Source of the DNA: Lingula anatina
Lineage: Eukaryota; Animalia; Brachiopoda
Reading direction: 5' to 3'
NCBI GenBank assembly: GCA_051362555.1
Contig: CM120641.1
Coordinates: 17,360,001 to 17,424,000 of the forward strand
Length of the DNA: 64,000 bases
The position numbers and the translations under genes are program-made. The stretch's first letter is position 1, and each line of letters opens with the position of its first letter. Below are positions 12,501 to 27,821 of this stretch, in pieces. The notes beneath the pieces are model-generated. The model saw nothing but the letters and a program-made list of their open reading frames with translations, did no database searches and was not told where the DNA came from.

Positions 12501-15500
12501 TGCCCTCATATTGTTAAACTTTTTCATAATTGGGATCACAACAATGACCCTTTCTCAACACGGGTTAAACGGGTCAGTCGTTTTGACGTGTAATCGAGTA
12601 ACAATCAATAATACGGTCAATATTCTCTTTTATACTTGCAGGCCGATAATTTCATTATTAGTTCCCCTAACTATGATTTTTCTATTGAAACAAGGAGAAA
12701 TTGGCCGGTAATCAAAGTCGATTGCCTATTCATTGTATCCAACAAAATCGCTAACGATTTCCTTTGTAGCGCCATTGTTCCTTGTACCGCCAGCCGTTAC
12801 CCGTTTCCTGTCTCATGTCGCCCTGTGACACACGATTGCCGTAGTTTGATATTTTGATACGGACTAAATCGATCACTCTTTGAATGCCTTTACTGTGCTG
12901 GAGTTTAGTGTAGGAAAGTTCAGCGTTGGCGATCTGTTTTCTGTGTTTTCGCCCTTTTTGAATAGAATATAATATAGACATTGTAGAATTACTGGCAAAA
13001 AGCAAAGAACCTTTTGCACAGGAACTGTCACGCTGTTGCCTGTCACGAATACTGTGGGATCATAGAGTTGGGTTAAAATGATAAAGACTTCATATAAATA
13101 GTTAAATATACATTTTGAAGTGATGCCCTGCGAAACCACCACATGGGTTAAAATCAGCATATCGTTTGAAATAATGAAAAAAAAAAAGAATCGGAAGAAA
13201 AGTAATATAAAGTAGTACATGCCTATATGAAACTAAAGCTTGCATGATTTAATAAAGCAATGAGTCTGCTGCCTACACGAGACTATTCACAGTCGAAGTT
13301 TAAATTCTTTCTTGAAGAAAAGAGTGGGGCGCGCTGTAGCTTCAGAGATGCTTTATCTCATATGTGCACAGATTCTTGGTTCAGTGGTTCACAAAAGAAT
13401 CATATACAGCTGAATGGGTATGGGGTTAGAACTGGACTTTCACCAACAGGGAAGGGATTTTGGGCTTATGAACAACCCGCTAGAATGCTTATTACGTTGG
13501 AAATTTCCTCCAGCCGCAAAACATCTATTTGACTACCCTTATCAGTAATGCACAGAATTCCTCCTCACACAAGAAACTTCGGCCATTGTGCGATCCTTGC
13601 ACTTTCACATAGGTCATTGCGCTCAGCTGGGTTCTTTATTATACAAAGATGATATAATAATGGACATCATTTGATGCCACACCTATAATACAATATATCG
13701 CACTCGGTGAATGGTTTGGTTAACCTTGCATCAGCACTTTTAGCATTTTGCTCTTTACTGAACTTCGAGACTAAACTCAAATTCAAGGACGGTAGTAATA
13801 CAGTATAAGGACTTTCTATAGGAAAAAACAACAGAGTAAATATTCAAATACAATCGAAACTTGTTTGAAAGGTTTCATATTGCGTTATTGTTGATATTTT
13901 GAGGTTTAAATTTCAGTTTTTCGTGGGGAGGGGGGGGGGGAGGTTCTATTCCAGAAGGACGAGGTATAAGCGGTGCATCAACAGAATATTGTGTTGGAGT
14001 AAGACTTATTGAGATGATGTGTGTTGGCATTTTTTATGGGTTGTGAATATGTGAATGATCCGTTATACAGTTTTTTTTTTGTAATACTTACGATTTGTAA
14101 AAATACACATCGTTAAAGTGGGATTTTGCCTCGAAGGGCAGACTTAATGGTATTCGACTGTTTATTAGAACTATTTCTAGGAGTGGCAATAAAGAATCCT
14201 TCGATTATGTTATCGTCATTATTATTTTATGTGGGAATTTAAGCCCAGATGAAGGAATGTCCAAAGCTGAGGTAACTTATCACTATTTGCTTCAGGAAAT
14301 ATCGACAAAAAAGCGCTTATTAGCACTGTACAAATATTAGCTGTGGCTGAACTCGATAAATGCTCCGTCACGCTACTGAAAAACGCTGCAGGTTACCGAT
14401 GGAATAATTCACAGACTTAACCCCACATGTTAACACCGGAAGGTGAAAATTACGACAAAGCCTTATAGAGGATCTTTTAAAGAATGGAAGCATTGAAAAT
14501 TTTAAACAAACGAAACATAATATTCAGGCCGACATCTGCACCGCTTTACACCAAGTTTCTCTATTTGTAAGGAGAGGGACAAATTCATCTTGTCTTTTGT
14601 ATTTTTGTCGCTGTGACATCGTAATCGATAATTGTATTTTCTGCCTTATCAGCATACTGTTCGTACACGTGTTGTTGTTTTTTAAATAGTTGAATTTACT
14701 TGACGCTGTTTATGCTTTGGGTTTGTTTATCTTGTTTTATTCCCTTGCTTCAAAAAGTGAGGCAAAAACCTATGGACACGAGAGTGAAAAACTATTCACA
14801 TTCATGAGGCAAATGGAGTTTAAAATTTTCTTTCAATAATGAAAGTTTTTTCTATAATTTAACTTCGACAATAACCGCTTTGAGCGTTTCTAATGGTTCG
14901 TTCAGGGAAAGCTATACTTAAGGCAGAATTAGAACTAAAGACAATTTGGTAAGTCAAAGATTGGACCCATTATCATTATCTGTAAGAGGTCAAAGGCCAA
15001 GGGATTGAATGTCTGATAGACATTAAAATACCTGTCTAATTAGCCAACCTGTCTGTCTGTCACTCAAATTATTCCGACTTAAGTTGTACAGCCATACCCG
15101 ACTGACAATTTTTGAGATAGCGCCTTCCAAACTTAGCTTCGGGGAAGGTATTGCGGGCACTGCCAGTCAATGCTTCCCTTGTGAATTATAGTTAAAGGGC
15201 ACTAGCTATGCTTTCAATGCAGTACACGGTGTCCAACCTTTTCTTCAACTCTGATAAAACATATTGCACCAGGAAATGTTTTAGATGAAAAACTATAACC
15301 ATCGGATAACCCCTTTTTGTCAGGACAGTTCAAAATGTCAAAAGATCTCTGAATTACCATTTCCTTGTTTGGCCCTTACAAATGATAAGATTGGGTAGGT
15401 CTGTTATGTATGTTCTACCTACAATATCTCCAGCAATATCTCCAGTTAACCTAGCATGACCGAGGTGTGAATGAATCTTTTGTGCATAACTTGCCTGAAC

Positions 15501-18500
15501 AATCCTCTTTTTTCTGCATTTTTAACTCTTAGAAAAAACAGCCTATACAGTGATAATTATAATGTGGTATTTTCTTATATAAAGAGAGAAGTTTGACTTT
15601 CAAGATTAACCGCGTTGTTAAAATGGCGCGCCTATCTCTAAGTAGATATAATTTATCTGACATCACATGATGGCTTGAGTGTCCGTTGGGGGTTTTAATT
15701 CTTAAGCGCTATAGGGGTTCCTATTTGAACTGTTCGTCGGGTGACGTCAAATGGAAATCAAACGAGACACTCAAAGTATCGCGACTAAGCGTAAAATCAA
15801 GCGAAATTTCTCGGCATTTGGAGAGGAGTGGCTTGAGAAATAATGGCAGACTAGCTTGTGCTGTGCGTCAAGAAATAAAAGCTGACAGAATTGTCAAAAG
15901 ATATTTGCATAGTTGTTTTCTCTGAAGTTCTGTCGAATTACAATTTATCTTCACAAATTCAACATGTTTTATGTGTCACTTACACCTATTACATGTATTA
16001 TTTTTTAAGACGGTCGACATTCCGTCTTTCAGAGTCACGCGGATTTTGGCACATTTTAAAGCCTCGTATGAGGTCACCCGGTACCGAAAGCCTCGTTTTA
16101 GGTTATCTCGGATGAATTTCATTGGCTATTACTGTTTTAAGTTACAAGAGTTTTGAATGCGTCCTAATTGAAGTATGATCTGATTTTATTTATTTTTCTG
16201 GGAAACGCCATTTGACATTTGGGTCGAACCATGCACATCGTAATCTTTTCCTGAGAAACAATATATCATCACTAAGAAACAATATATCATAATATGCCGT
16301 ATACACAGGCAAATGGACTACCTCATTAATTGGTTATTCAAAAGAGTCTAGAATGGAGGAAGGAGATCTCATTGGGAACGATAAGACCATAACGGCATCA
16401 ATATTTGGAACGGTCTTTTCATATACTTTATATGTGTCATTTTATGCCTATGGAATATCTAGCCATTTTATGTTATCTATAACATTTTAATTATAAGCTA
16501 CAGTACAGTTACAGTAGTTGTTTGTAAACAGTACATTAAAGTTTTGCCCAGTGTATTTTTATAATGGTATAGAGCTAAATAACTTGAAACCCTGTAGGTC
16601 TTGATATTGAAATAGCAATAAAACGCCTTTAATATTTACGTATTCTGTGTTGTTGTTGAATTTAAAAACCGTAACAATGGAGCTTTTTTGTTTGTTTGGG
16701 GGTGGGGGGGTGGGGAAGAAATACAAAGCCTGTAGACTAAATTGGAGAGAAAAGTTCTTGATAAAGATAATCATTTCCCAAAACGAATCTTTTAAAAAAT
16801 GAAAAATTTAATCACTTGAAATGTATTCAAAGAATATGCTTTTTAGTTCACTTTAGCAAAGGACAACTCTTCCACCGTTACTTGACCAGAGCACAAGGCC
16901 ATTCAGTACGTGGTTCAGAGCAGTTTTTTTCTTTTACAATGCCACACTTTTGCATAGTACCAGAATGCACAATCAGGGGATAGAAGGGCAAGTAAAACAT
17001 TAGCTACCTCAGTCTCCCTATGGACACTTCAAAATAACAAGCATGGCTAATTGAATCATGGAATTGAAGCAGCCCAATCTCAGTGTTGTATGGGGGTGGT
17101 CGGCTCGTGTCGTAGATAAAATCTTTCTTATCAAGTTATAGTTGCATAAACATTACGCTTAGGTATCTTATTTAAGTAGAATTGCATAGGTGGTTTTAAC
17201 TATTTTATCTGCCTTTAAGTTTCTAGTGGAGATACTATTTTCAATTGATCCGGAGGTCGAAAATGGGCCGATTTGGGAAGGTTACAGCTACGACTACCTT
17301 GTATGATCAAAGCTTGTATGTAGTTGTGGATTTAAGTGGGCGACTTACAAGTGAAAAGTTAAGTCAAGATGTCGAAATGCCGAATTAAGAGAAATTTGCT
17401 GAACATAATGCTAGGGAGTTAGGTGCTTGGCTTTTAAGCTTGGACAACATCCCTATACCTTTAAGTTCTCCTCACCACTGACTTGTCCTTGAGTAAATGC
17501 TTCTCTTACGCCCCTTGCGTGATTTATCGAAACTGAGCACCACATGCTTTCATTTATGCAACTTATTATAATTTAGATTGCAATAAACTTTGAAAAAATT
17601 ATCCACGTTGTTTTATTAACACATTATTGTTCACAACACAAATATACATGTTCAAATTCGCCTGCCTTTAAAAGTACACAGGCATTGCCAGTGTATCCAT
17701 ATTAGAGTTGAACCAAATGTCGCAAAATGCACTTAAACTCGTCCCATTGGTGTCTTTGGGTTTACGACATAATTAAGAAACAATTGAGTTGCAAATTTAA
17801 TTGCTATGGGAAAATAAGGAGAGAGGCTGATCTAATATTAATCACAGTGCCTCGTGAACCAGTGCGGTAACAACCTGGGTATCTTAATTTGTGGTTTTCG
17901 TCCCAGTTGAAACGGGTAATAAAGCAGCTCGTTTGTACATTGGACATTAAATAAATTAGTAAGTTCACCTTTGTGTTATATGACTTAAATATTATTATAT
18001 GAAGCAACAAAGCAAAAAAAGACTTCTATAAATCTTGGCATTGTTAGCCAGTTTGAAGTAACAGAATGAAGTTCACAATTTAACGACCTGGAAATGGACA
18101 GCGATGTTCTCGTCTAGCAATTCTAGGAGTGTAACTTCCTATTGTTCATTTGGACTTTAGCAGTTCTACTTAAAATTCAAGCAGCTTAATTACATTTGTA
18201 CATCACTGATTGATTTCAAAGCGCTCTCCTCTAATTTCTCTAAATCGGGTAGTCCGGCCATGTTCAAATAACCCACTCATGCACAAAGTCAATTACAATT
18301 TGACAGCTTTCAGTTATGTATGGTTACTTTCAGCGACGTTCTGAATATTTTTTGTATATGTTACCTCACTTAAGCAAATTATGTGTCAAAAATAGTAGAT
18401 TAATGCAATGATAATATATTTAGTACAAGCACAAGTTGCCTAATCACTTGTGTATGACATTCGAAATAACATAAAGTACATGAAGTGTGCATGTCTACAT

Positions 18501-18868
18501 AGAGGTGCTAGATATGAGCTTTCAGTTCCTTACCAACAACACTAGCGTTAAGATATTGAGCATACACAAAACTGTCAGTTCGAACTTAATCATTGCATGC
18601 TTTCGGTAGGCTATGTGCATATACAGGCTCTTACTCCATTCCAAAAACAAAAATCCTTCACAAAAATATTTGGTCGATTGCAAGCCTTTTCTGCTCAGCT
18701 TCTGAGAGGATGGTGTCAAGGTGATAAAAGTACATGGGTCCTATCCCATTTGTTCGGCGTGATTTCTACAAATATAGTCTTTGCTTGAAGCGAGATATGC
18801 CTGCTTTGCCTGAAGGTTTCAATTATGTGTTAGACGTGTCCTAGCGATGGCTAACATAATGATATGTG

Positions 18869-18901
<33 letters not shown>

Positions 18902-21900
18902 AACTGCAATATGCAACTTTTTTGTTGTAGAACTATTAAAATCAGAATGAAATATGCACCACATTAAAAATGATCTTATACTTTCAAATAATGAAGTTCG
19001 TCGTCTTGAAAACCTTTTGTTAGTTATCTAGAATATTAAACAACTGTCTCAAGGTCTGTCTGACAAATAATTCTTATGCAGTCCTAAAGCAAAAAAAAAG
19101 TACGATAGTCTGAATATAGTCATTTGCAAGTTTCATACACACATACACATGTACAAAACGATAACCAGGATCAAAACTACCACCTAGGTTTGCTTTTGTA
19201 CTCTGCAAATCTTTTCATATGCAAGAGAGCGCACTAAAACTACAGTGTCTACTTGGTCCCCACGTGACCGCCATTAAAACGTCCTGGAAATCCTCAGCAA
19301 ATGACTCCTGTCTGGAAATGACTGTATTAGTAAGACAGATAGCCGCAATTAATATTCAAAGTCAGTAGAAATATAATGGCATCAACACTTGGTCGTCCAA
19401 CCCAACAGTTTCGCACTACGTACACACTTATTCCTTCACGTTTTAACGTATGTGCTTGACCCACTCAGGTACGTTTTCACACACACGTGCATCTGCATCC
19501 CATTCGCGCGCATGCAGTAAACATCTCACGAATAAGGAGGAATCTAATCAATGTGGTGATTTCTTTCTTTTGGATGGAGGGATTAATTCGATTTGCTTAA
19601 TCTGTCGGGAGTAGCAATATTAAAGTACGCAGTAGGCGTAAAAAAATTAAAACGTGCAACCACCAGAACAAGGCAACGGCACTATATCGACCTTCCTGGC
19701 ATGTGGACCTGTATGTCCAACCACCTGCTCTCTAGCTTAATAAGTTGATTGCCGCTAACCAGTATTGTTTTTGTTTTATCGAATTACGATATTTATTGCT
19801 GTACAGGGACTGTATCCTCGCTATGTGGCGTTGTACTATTACATCAAATGCGCCATTATGTTCCTTTCGGGATAACAGAAAGCGCCAATAGACACACCTA
19901 TCCTGCGGCTTTAGTTTCAGTTAATAAAATATCGAACAGAAACGCAATTTGCTTGGGTTGTATTGTTTTATTGGACGAAGAAAAGAATATCCTTATTTGA
20001 GGATAATCAGACCACGTGACTTGTTGAGTGTTCCAATATCTCTTGATCCTTAAGAATTTTTAGAAAGGCCCGTGAAATGAGAATGAAATCAAAAGATGGT
20101 CGCTTTGAAGTCCAAAAAGAAAATACATTTGTTCGATTAAAATTGCATGGTTTGATTGAAGACCTAACTTGCTACATGTAGGCCTATTTTGTTTTCTATC
20201 AATCCTCCGCTTCAGGGAAAACCACTTAGTGTCACTCCGACAGGAACCCTACTTATTATTCATAGGTATATATATCTCAGAAGAATTAATTCCGAGGTAA
20301 AGAGTAACTGTAACATTTTGTGGCTGTACCATTATAAATATTTAATTTACCCTTGGCCATTTACCCTTGGCCAGCGTAGATGTCGACTGGTTCTCTGGGG
20401 AGATCGCAAACCCGTTAACTTCTGTTAAATAGGCTGTTTTCGACAACTGTGGAAAGAGGATCTAATTAATCGTTTGACGGGAGTGTCGGCGGTGCTATTA
20501 CGTGTCACAACAAACGTGATACAAATCTGGTTGCTCTCGTTGTTAGAATGAAACATACGTTATTAAAATGTGAGATGTAACGAAAACATAAGTTGCCTCG
20601 CATGATGAACGACCTTTTACAGTAACAAAACATTGAAAGCGTTGAACACGGGGCTAATGACTGGTGAATTAGCAGTGGGAAGATCTAACATTCATAACAT
20701 GTCTTCATTCATAGTAAAAAGTGTCCTAAGCACCAGAGCGTTTAGCTTACATGGACTAGCAACCTGTCTTGATTCTTGTGGGTGTAACGCTCTCCGCCAG
20801 CATTAAAGTTTCAGCGTTGGCTAGGAGCTCAACTCTATCATCAGCGAATGCCGTTGCGTCATGGTAACGGAGAGCGTTGACTGCATAGAGGAAAATTGCC
20901 TTCAGTACTCTAAAGCTGAAAGCGAATTCACTTAAAAATAAAACTACAGTAAGATACTGCTTTTATTCTATTTCACGTCTAAATACACGTAAATTTGACG
21001 TTTATACATGACCAAATCACGGAAGTCAATATGCATTCTTAATAGACTGGTGTACCAGTGTACCTACTAGATTACTTTTATCCTCAAGGTGTATGTCGTT
21101 TCTCACTCTGCACATGTGCTAAAAAGCTGTTTGCGAAGCATAAGGAGTGGACTATACTTTCAGATGACAACACACACACACATATATAAATATTTTACTT
21201 CTGTTGTTATGTCTGCCGTCACATATACTCCAATAAAATTGACAATAAATACGAGTTTCATGTTTTGGTGTTAAACTTGCGATCATGACAGCACATACAA
21301 CTTCAGCGTTTGTCTTTGTGAAGTAATTTCTTTGGTGCACAGAATGTTAGTTACACGTCTTAGCTTATAACACGTAATTTGGTTATTAATCTGTCAACCG
21401 TCTGACTGGTCCCACAAATGATAACTTCATGACACCCACAACACACGCACGTATTAACCGTTGATTAAATATCCAATTTTATTGTCAAAATTGATTTTTA
21501 AGATTAATACAATTATTAAACTGAGCTTATGATAAGGATATGGGTAACATAGGAGTTTTTTACTTCGATTTTTGCACTCTATTTTTAAGACAAACTTAAA
21601 TAATATATAAAATAATCGTTTTCGTTCCACGTGACATACATGCACTTACAACCCCTGTAACCCAAAATGTGCCAATACGTTTCAATACATAAGGGGATAT
21701 TGACGGCTTCTTGAGCCTATTCTTATATCTATACTTCAGTTTTGGAAAATGATTGAGATGGCAAGGAATGAAGCCTCTCCATGGGCTTTTGCCTGAAATG
21801 CATAATGCTGTAATCAAGTTTTTTTTTTGCTCAGCAGAGTGTTGAGCCCCCTCCTTCCCTCATCTCTCTCTCTCTCTCTCTCTGACACACACACACACTT

Positions 21901-23129
21901 CTTTTCACAAGAATATGTTACAAATAACAATACCATGCTGCTTTTCTAAATCAAACTTTCAAAGGAAAACGTATCATCATATTGGCCTTAACATAGCCAC
22001 TTTGGTCGTGGTTGATAGGATGCACAGGACGCAGTCCGCCAGCTGCGCCGGATCTCTCACTTTATGTCTCCACTCTCTGAATAATTTGGACTTTTGGACT
22101 TATCCAGAATGATAAATAAACATAATTATTTCCAAAAATGACAATGTACGGTGTTGTATGTTTAATGCTTGTTTTATTATTATGTGCATGTCTATACAAA
22201 TCTGAACGATCAGAATTATTGACAAGTTTTGTTTTTGTTTTTTGTTTTGTAGGGACGAGTACAACCTGTGCACGCGTGAGGATTCCTTGGCAATCTATGC
22301 AGAATGCAAATGAGGCATTTTAAAAAGCATGTCCGAACTAAAAATAAAACACCCGTGGGTCGTCTTTGGGAATATGCCCAATGGCCCAGTATTCTTTTAA
22401 CACAATTATGAAAGGCACTAAAGTGAAGTTATAAGGGAGACATGTCTGCACGCGATAGACATTGTAGTGCCCAGATTTCAGGATTCCCCAAGGCCAGGTG
22501 CGCCCCCTTTTTAATACAAACATAAGCCTCATCAGATAGATGCACCTTTTAATTCATATTTTCCATTTCAATTTTGAAATGAAACCCAAAATCTTGGAAT
22601 TATCAGGATTATCACGAACAGCTTTAAATTACTATGCATTGTTTAACCACAGAGTGCGTGTGGACAACCTTTGTCAATGTAAGCCATGATAAGCATAAAA
22701 AGTTTAATTCATAGTAACTGTTTCAGACCCACATACTGGCACGTGAAGTCCCTGTTCACCATTGATTATTAACAGAAGCAGATCATGGTCAAGTAGAATA
22801 AAATCGTCCAGCCTTTTCTGGACGCAATGTAAATTATCAAATTACAATAAAATTTTCCATTTTTATGGGAACAACCTGAAAGCGTCATACTGCTGAGTTT
22901 GTAGAACATTAGACAATAATATTTTAACAAAGTCCGAGGAACTATTTTACTTTTCATGAAAAAAAAAACAATAACAACGATTCACACAGTTCTCAAAAAG
23001 GACATAATTGAAATCTCATTTCTTTACCACTTACCGATTTAATGCATTTGGTTTCCTAGAAATGCTCCCTGTACTTTCCTTGTGTTGCTACTCTGTGTTA
23101 ATTAACAAGCGCTCACAATGCACAGACTG

Positions 23130-23275
23130 TGCGAATACTGAGGCCAGAGACGAGCCACAAGACGAGGTATTGGAAATGCCACATCTGCCTGGTGCCTATC
23201 ATCTATATATGGTCTGAAATCATTGATGAAGTACGGAGACGTCACGAAACTACAAGATCTCATTGGATAATAACC
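23130..23275 (+). mobile_element. Possible highly decayed CR1/L2-type LINE fragment
   Basis: Frame-shifted pieces QRRATR, VLEMPHLP and GDV..YKI resemble the C-terminal QRRAT...GD..YKI region of CR1/L2 ORF2. Confidence 0.3.
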
Positions 23276-23664
23276 AGCGACTTCTGTGATTCCTGAGTAA
23301 AATGGAATATTTAAGATTTTAGAATACCTTTTAGGGAAAGTTCACTTTATGATCATGTATTGTTTTTAATACGATGCCTAAATATTGATTTTCGCACTTC
23401 CATTTTTATAATATAATATAATATAACATAAACCGCGAATGAAGCTATTGTTTCTACCATCAGCTTGTTTTTTAATCTTTTATCCATATTTAATATTTCT
23501 GGTCAACGTCAGTAGCGAAGGAAAATGAACGTGAAGTGTTGAAACATAGGCATTGAACCCAAGGTGATGGCTCATTGCGCCCGTCTTCTGATTAATGAAA
23601 AATCGTGGTTCTCGAATCTAGGCAATTCGCATGAGTTTTGTACTGAAGTGCTAAGCAGTGTTAC

Positions 23665-23666
<2 letters not shown>

Positions 23667-23707
<41 letters not shown>
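23667..23707. repeat. (TG)n microsatellite
   Basis: About 20 perfect TG units. Confidence 0.95.
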
Positions 23708-23709
<2 letters not shown>

Positions 23710-26700
23710 CCTTCAATGCCTCCCACAAAGAGTGGAAAGGAAGAACCCAATTGCATTGCACGAAAGAAACTTTTCGAACAGAATTGAATATTACTTAATG
23801 TCCGAAAGAGTTAAAAACTTCAAGATAAGACCATTTAAAATAAGGTTAATGATTTGACAAAGGCAAAGGTGCCTGATCTAAATAGTTAAATGCATATAAT
23901 ATGAAATTTTATGAAGTAAAAGAAACAGTGAAGAGCTGAAATTTTTAAAAATTGCACTTTATTAATAAGGTCAATCCTATCCAAAACTATTCAGAAAATG
24001 ATGACCTAAAACCCCGTTTCTGGTGTCTTAATTTTTATTTTTACCATTGTATTTTATGTAATAATAATAATTATTATTATTATTTGAAATTCAAAATTTT
24101 ACGAGCAATATGTGCCTGTAAGGTGCTGTGTGATGTCATAAAGTTACAGTGACATGTTTTATTTGAAAAAAAAAAAGATAGAGAAGACATTGTAACAAGA
24201 CATTGATGGGAATGATGGTATGTGATCTACAACAATGTGTTTCATAAATAGAGGACAATAGCATCAAGAATTAAATTTGCTATCTTTTTTATCAGTTGCA
24301 CCCATGTTTATCGTGCCTTCTCCTTCTTCGCAGATAAAAAAGTTCCAGATGGTGCAAATGCCGTCAATTTATAACCGCTGATAGATCCATTTCAATAATT
24401 ATTGATAATTACTGTTAGCGAATCCCTGACACTGTGGTGCATTAGAAAAAGGTATCGGGAATTCTGAGTAATGCCAGCCATTAAAGTACAAGTACAAAAG
24501 AACATGTATATAATCTGTCAGCTACGCAGCACTGGTGCAAGAACTGTGACATTCTCTGCACCAACTTTCAGATAGTTGTTGCACTGAGTGATGCGTGGAT
24601 TTGGCGTTAATTACTTGAGGAAAGAATGCTATGTCTTAGCTAGTCACTGTCTTACCATTGTGTCTTCATCAGTGTTAATCATATTGCCATCATATTCTAT
24701 ATATTCATAATAATTTAAAATGATCTTGAATAAGTCACACATTCTACAAGTCAAGTTTGCCTTCTCTTTGTTGATTGTGTTGTGTTTTATATAAATTGCC
24801 TATTACATTGTGCCAATGTCTAAAACATGTTGGGACGAGGACTGACATATTAGGACTATTTAAAGGGAGCACAAAATGACTCTCAAATATGCATTAAAAC
24901 AGAAAAATATTTTACAAATACCATGAGCACACTCTCAAACAATGTATATCAACAATCCTTGCAAATAAGGAAATAATTCCATTTGAACATGTGATTATAA
25001 CATTTCTTTTCAACGGCTTAGCCAAGTGAGTACCACGTGACTAAGACCTGTAAATATGGCGGTAGCTGCAAAGAACTTTTGGACATGTAAGAGGAAAAGA
25101 AGAGAGAAAGAGTACGATACTTAACTTGCAAAATGTAGATATTACATTAGAGAGGCTATGCCTCATATAATGTATTTTCATTATATACGAGATATGTGGT
25201 AAAGACTGCGTTACACTTTTGCTACATAAAAGGAAGTAGGCAGGTAGAGAGGGATTGCAGGCACTATAAGAATGAGAAAACACTTTATAAGGTCATGCTT
25301 TGTATCTAGCTTTGTGTCTTGTGTCTAGCTGCGCAATGCTTTAAACTGACAAAGTTGTCTTATACTTTTTGGTCAAGATTCAAGATTCATGCTTCATAGA
25401 ACGAAGGCATCCAGCAACATTTCGGTGGTATCTGCCTGACTATCACGAACATCAATATAACCGTTCCTTATTTATTTCGCTATCTTTAATCGGCTGTACA
25501 TTGACGCACAGATTTAGACAAAGATGACACGTTCTGATTCTAAGAGGGCGCTAGATTAATTCTTACCACAATATCGTAACAATCTTTATGTTGTGCACGT
25601 AGAAAACGCTCCTGTGTAGAAGTGAATGTAACGTTCCGCAGAGGCTGTAGATAACGTATCGACTATCTGCCAAAAGAAGTGAAAAATGATCATAAATGAC
25701 TTTTAATTTGGTACCGGGGCGCTTTTAGACAGTTCCACATTCCTACACGCCAATATTGCATTTACATGTTTGCATCTGAGCTCCTTGCGGTAGAAAATAA
25801 ACTCATAAGAGTTCACAACTGTTTTAATGTCATAACTACCTGACGCGTACAATTATACACTTCTAGTAATCTAACATAAAGAAGTATAGCTGTGCACCTG
25901 CACCAAGAAGCAGTGCTGACAACTAATATAGCCATTGCCCTTAAAGCAATCCATTTACTTAACACTGACATAACGCCCGTAGTTTGGCCAGTGCAAGTGA
26001 ATGTCGTTTTCATGTTTAATTCAAACTGTCAATGTAATTTCGGGATTACAGAAAATAATAGGAAACGTTCCCCGCCCCCAGAGACATGTGAAATGCACTG
26101 TAGGCGTCTTATATTTGACAGCAGCTTTTTTTGTTAACAGTAAATAAAAAATAGTAACTTGGCACTTTAATCAAATATGGCAAAGCGTAAATCAAAGAAT
26201 ATCAATAACATTGTAACATCTTTGTTTTTCTCTCTTGTAAAAAAGTATATTAAATTATATGTGTGTGTGCGTGTTACATATCTCTCTGTGTGTGTGCGTG
26301 TGTGTTCTTACATAGATGAAAGGGTTTGAGGCAAGTATTTCTATAAAATTGATATTTGCATTAATTGAATAATTTACGCATGAAGGATCTTAACGACTGG
26401 CTTGAGCCATGAATTATAAGTACTCTCTGGCCACAGGGTCCGATAAAAGCCTGTTACATGTACAAAATTATTGGATACTTTAAATTTGATAACACTTAAA
26501 GAAACCCGTGAAATTAGGGGGTAAATTCTAAGCTGTATTCGCTCCAACGCCGGCTTATACTCTTACAAGAACTTAATAACATATCATAAGCCCAGGCAGA
26601 TACCAAAGCCTAGTTGGGCAGATGCATTTTAAAACATTTAATCTAGATTTTTTAAAAAATTGTTCTTATTGGTCAAATCAGACACACAGCAAGTGAAACA

Positions 26701-27412
26701 ATCGTATCTTTGGGTATTGTACAAATGTAGGACCTGGCCAAGATTTCGTTTATAATTAGTTAATGGCTGGGGCATGTTTTTTAAATTTTTTTTCTGAATC
26801 AAAAAAAAATATTTGTTTTCTTTTAATCCTTGTAGATTGTCAGTCAAGAAAAGAGACGCTCCACCCACTCACTTTAGCACAGTGTTGGAAAGATAATAGG
26901 CTGATGCCACTGATGAATGCTACTGGTGTGACGATTTAAACAATGCTTTCCTTAACGCCAGAAAATTGCGATGTGCCTAAATCTGAAATGAAACGTATTT
27001 TCGTCTGTTGACTGACACTTGGACGAATAATTCGATTCATTCATCCAAGATTTTCATAAAAGAAAGAAGATAAGTATGATAATGAATATAATTTTCAAGT
27101 TCTCCAAATTTCTTATTTGCACATGCTTCAATAACGGCGAACTTGTCTGAAAAAAGGAGATATTCAGATGGTGGTGGAGTGTTAAATACATTCAAGTTAG
27201 CAGAAAGACACATGTAAAATAAATTACCGAATCACTGACTTCCTATTTTACCTAAATACCAAAACTTAATTATAAATTAGCTCAACAAAATTTATTAAAA
27301 ATCGGTATATAATTGTTATAAATAGGACCTGGTCGATGGCATAGCAATTTGGCACAAAAGTTCTTAACTCGGTTTGGGTACATTGCCAACTGAGAACGGT
27401 GTTACGTGTGAG

Positions 27413-27511
27413 ATAATACACTGTCACCTTCTCGCGATATATGCCATAACACCTCGAGCGTCAGCGAGAGGTGTTCATGGCATATATCGCGAGAAGGTGA
27501 CAGTGTATTAT
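27413..27511. mobile_element. Palindromic MITE-like element (about 99 bp)
   Basis: ATAATACACTGTCACCTTCTCGCGATATATGCCAT pairs perfectly with ATGGCATATATCGCGAGAAGGTGACAGTGTATTAT, with further inner pairing (AACACCTC/GAGGTGTT). Confidence 0.75.
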
Positions 27512-27821
27512 TTGACATACATACCGAGAAAAAATTCAGTCATTTCATCCTAAAACACCCCTAAAACCGAATAAAGTGACCCTATATCACGCTCTAGAGA
27601 TGTTATACAGAATAAACTCGTCCACGTGCGCTGGTCACCTCCCGCCAAATTCTTACGTAATGTCTGACCAATTTGGTCAATTTTTGCTAAATACTTGTCG
27701 TGGACATTCAACTGTCTTGAGATGTATTTAATCAACCGTCGACACTGACCATGCACGTCTCAGCTGAGCCACACCTAGCTGGGACTGCTGCGGAAACAAG
27801 GTCCCAAGGCAAAACCTCTAC

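Noticed and set aside
13260-13532. 90-aa ATG-initiated ORF
   Set aside because: No recognisable motif or splice context; an isolated ORF of this length is plausible by chance.
22019-22312. Plus-strand exon-like pieces (DAQDAVRQLRRISHF..., and a strong acceptor at 22251 followed by DEYNLCTREDSLAIYAECK*)
   Set aside because: Could not be linked into a consistent gene model or family; RNA-seq would be needed.
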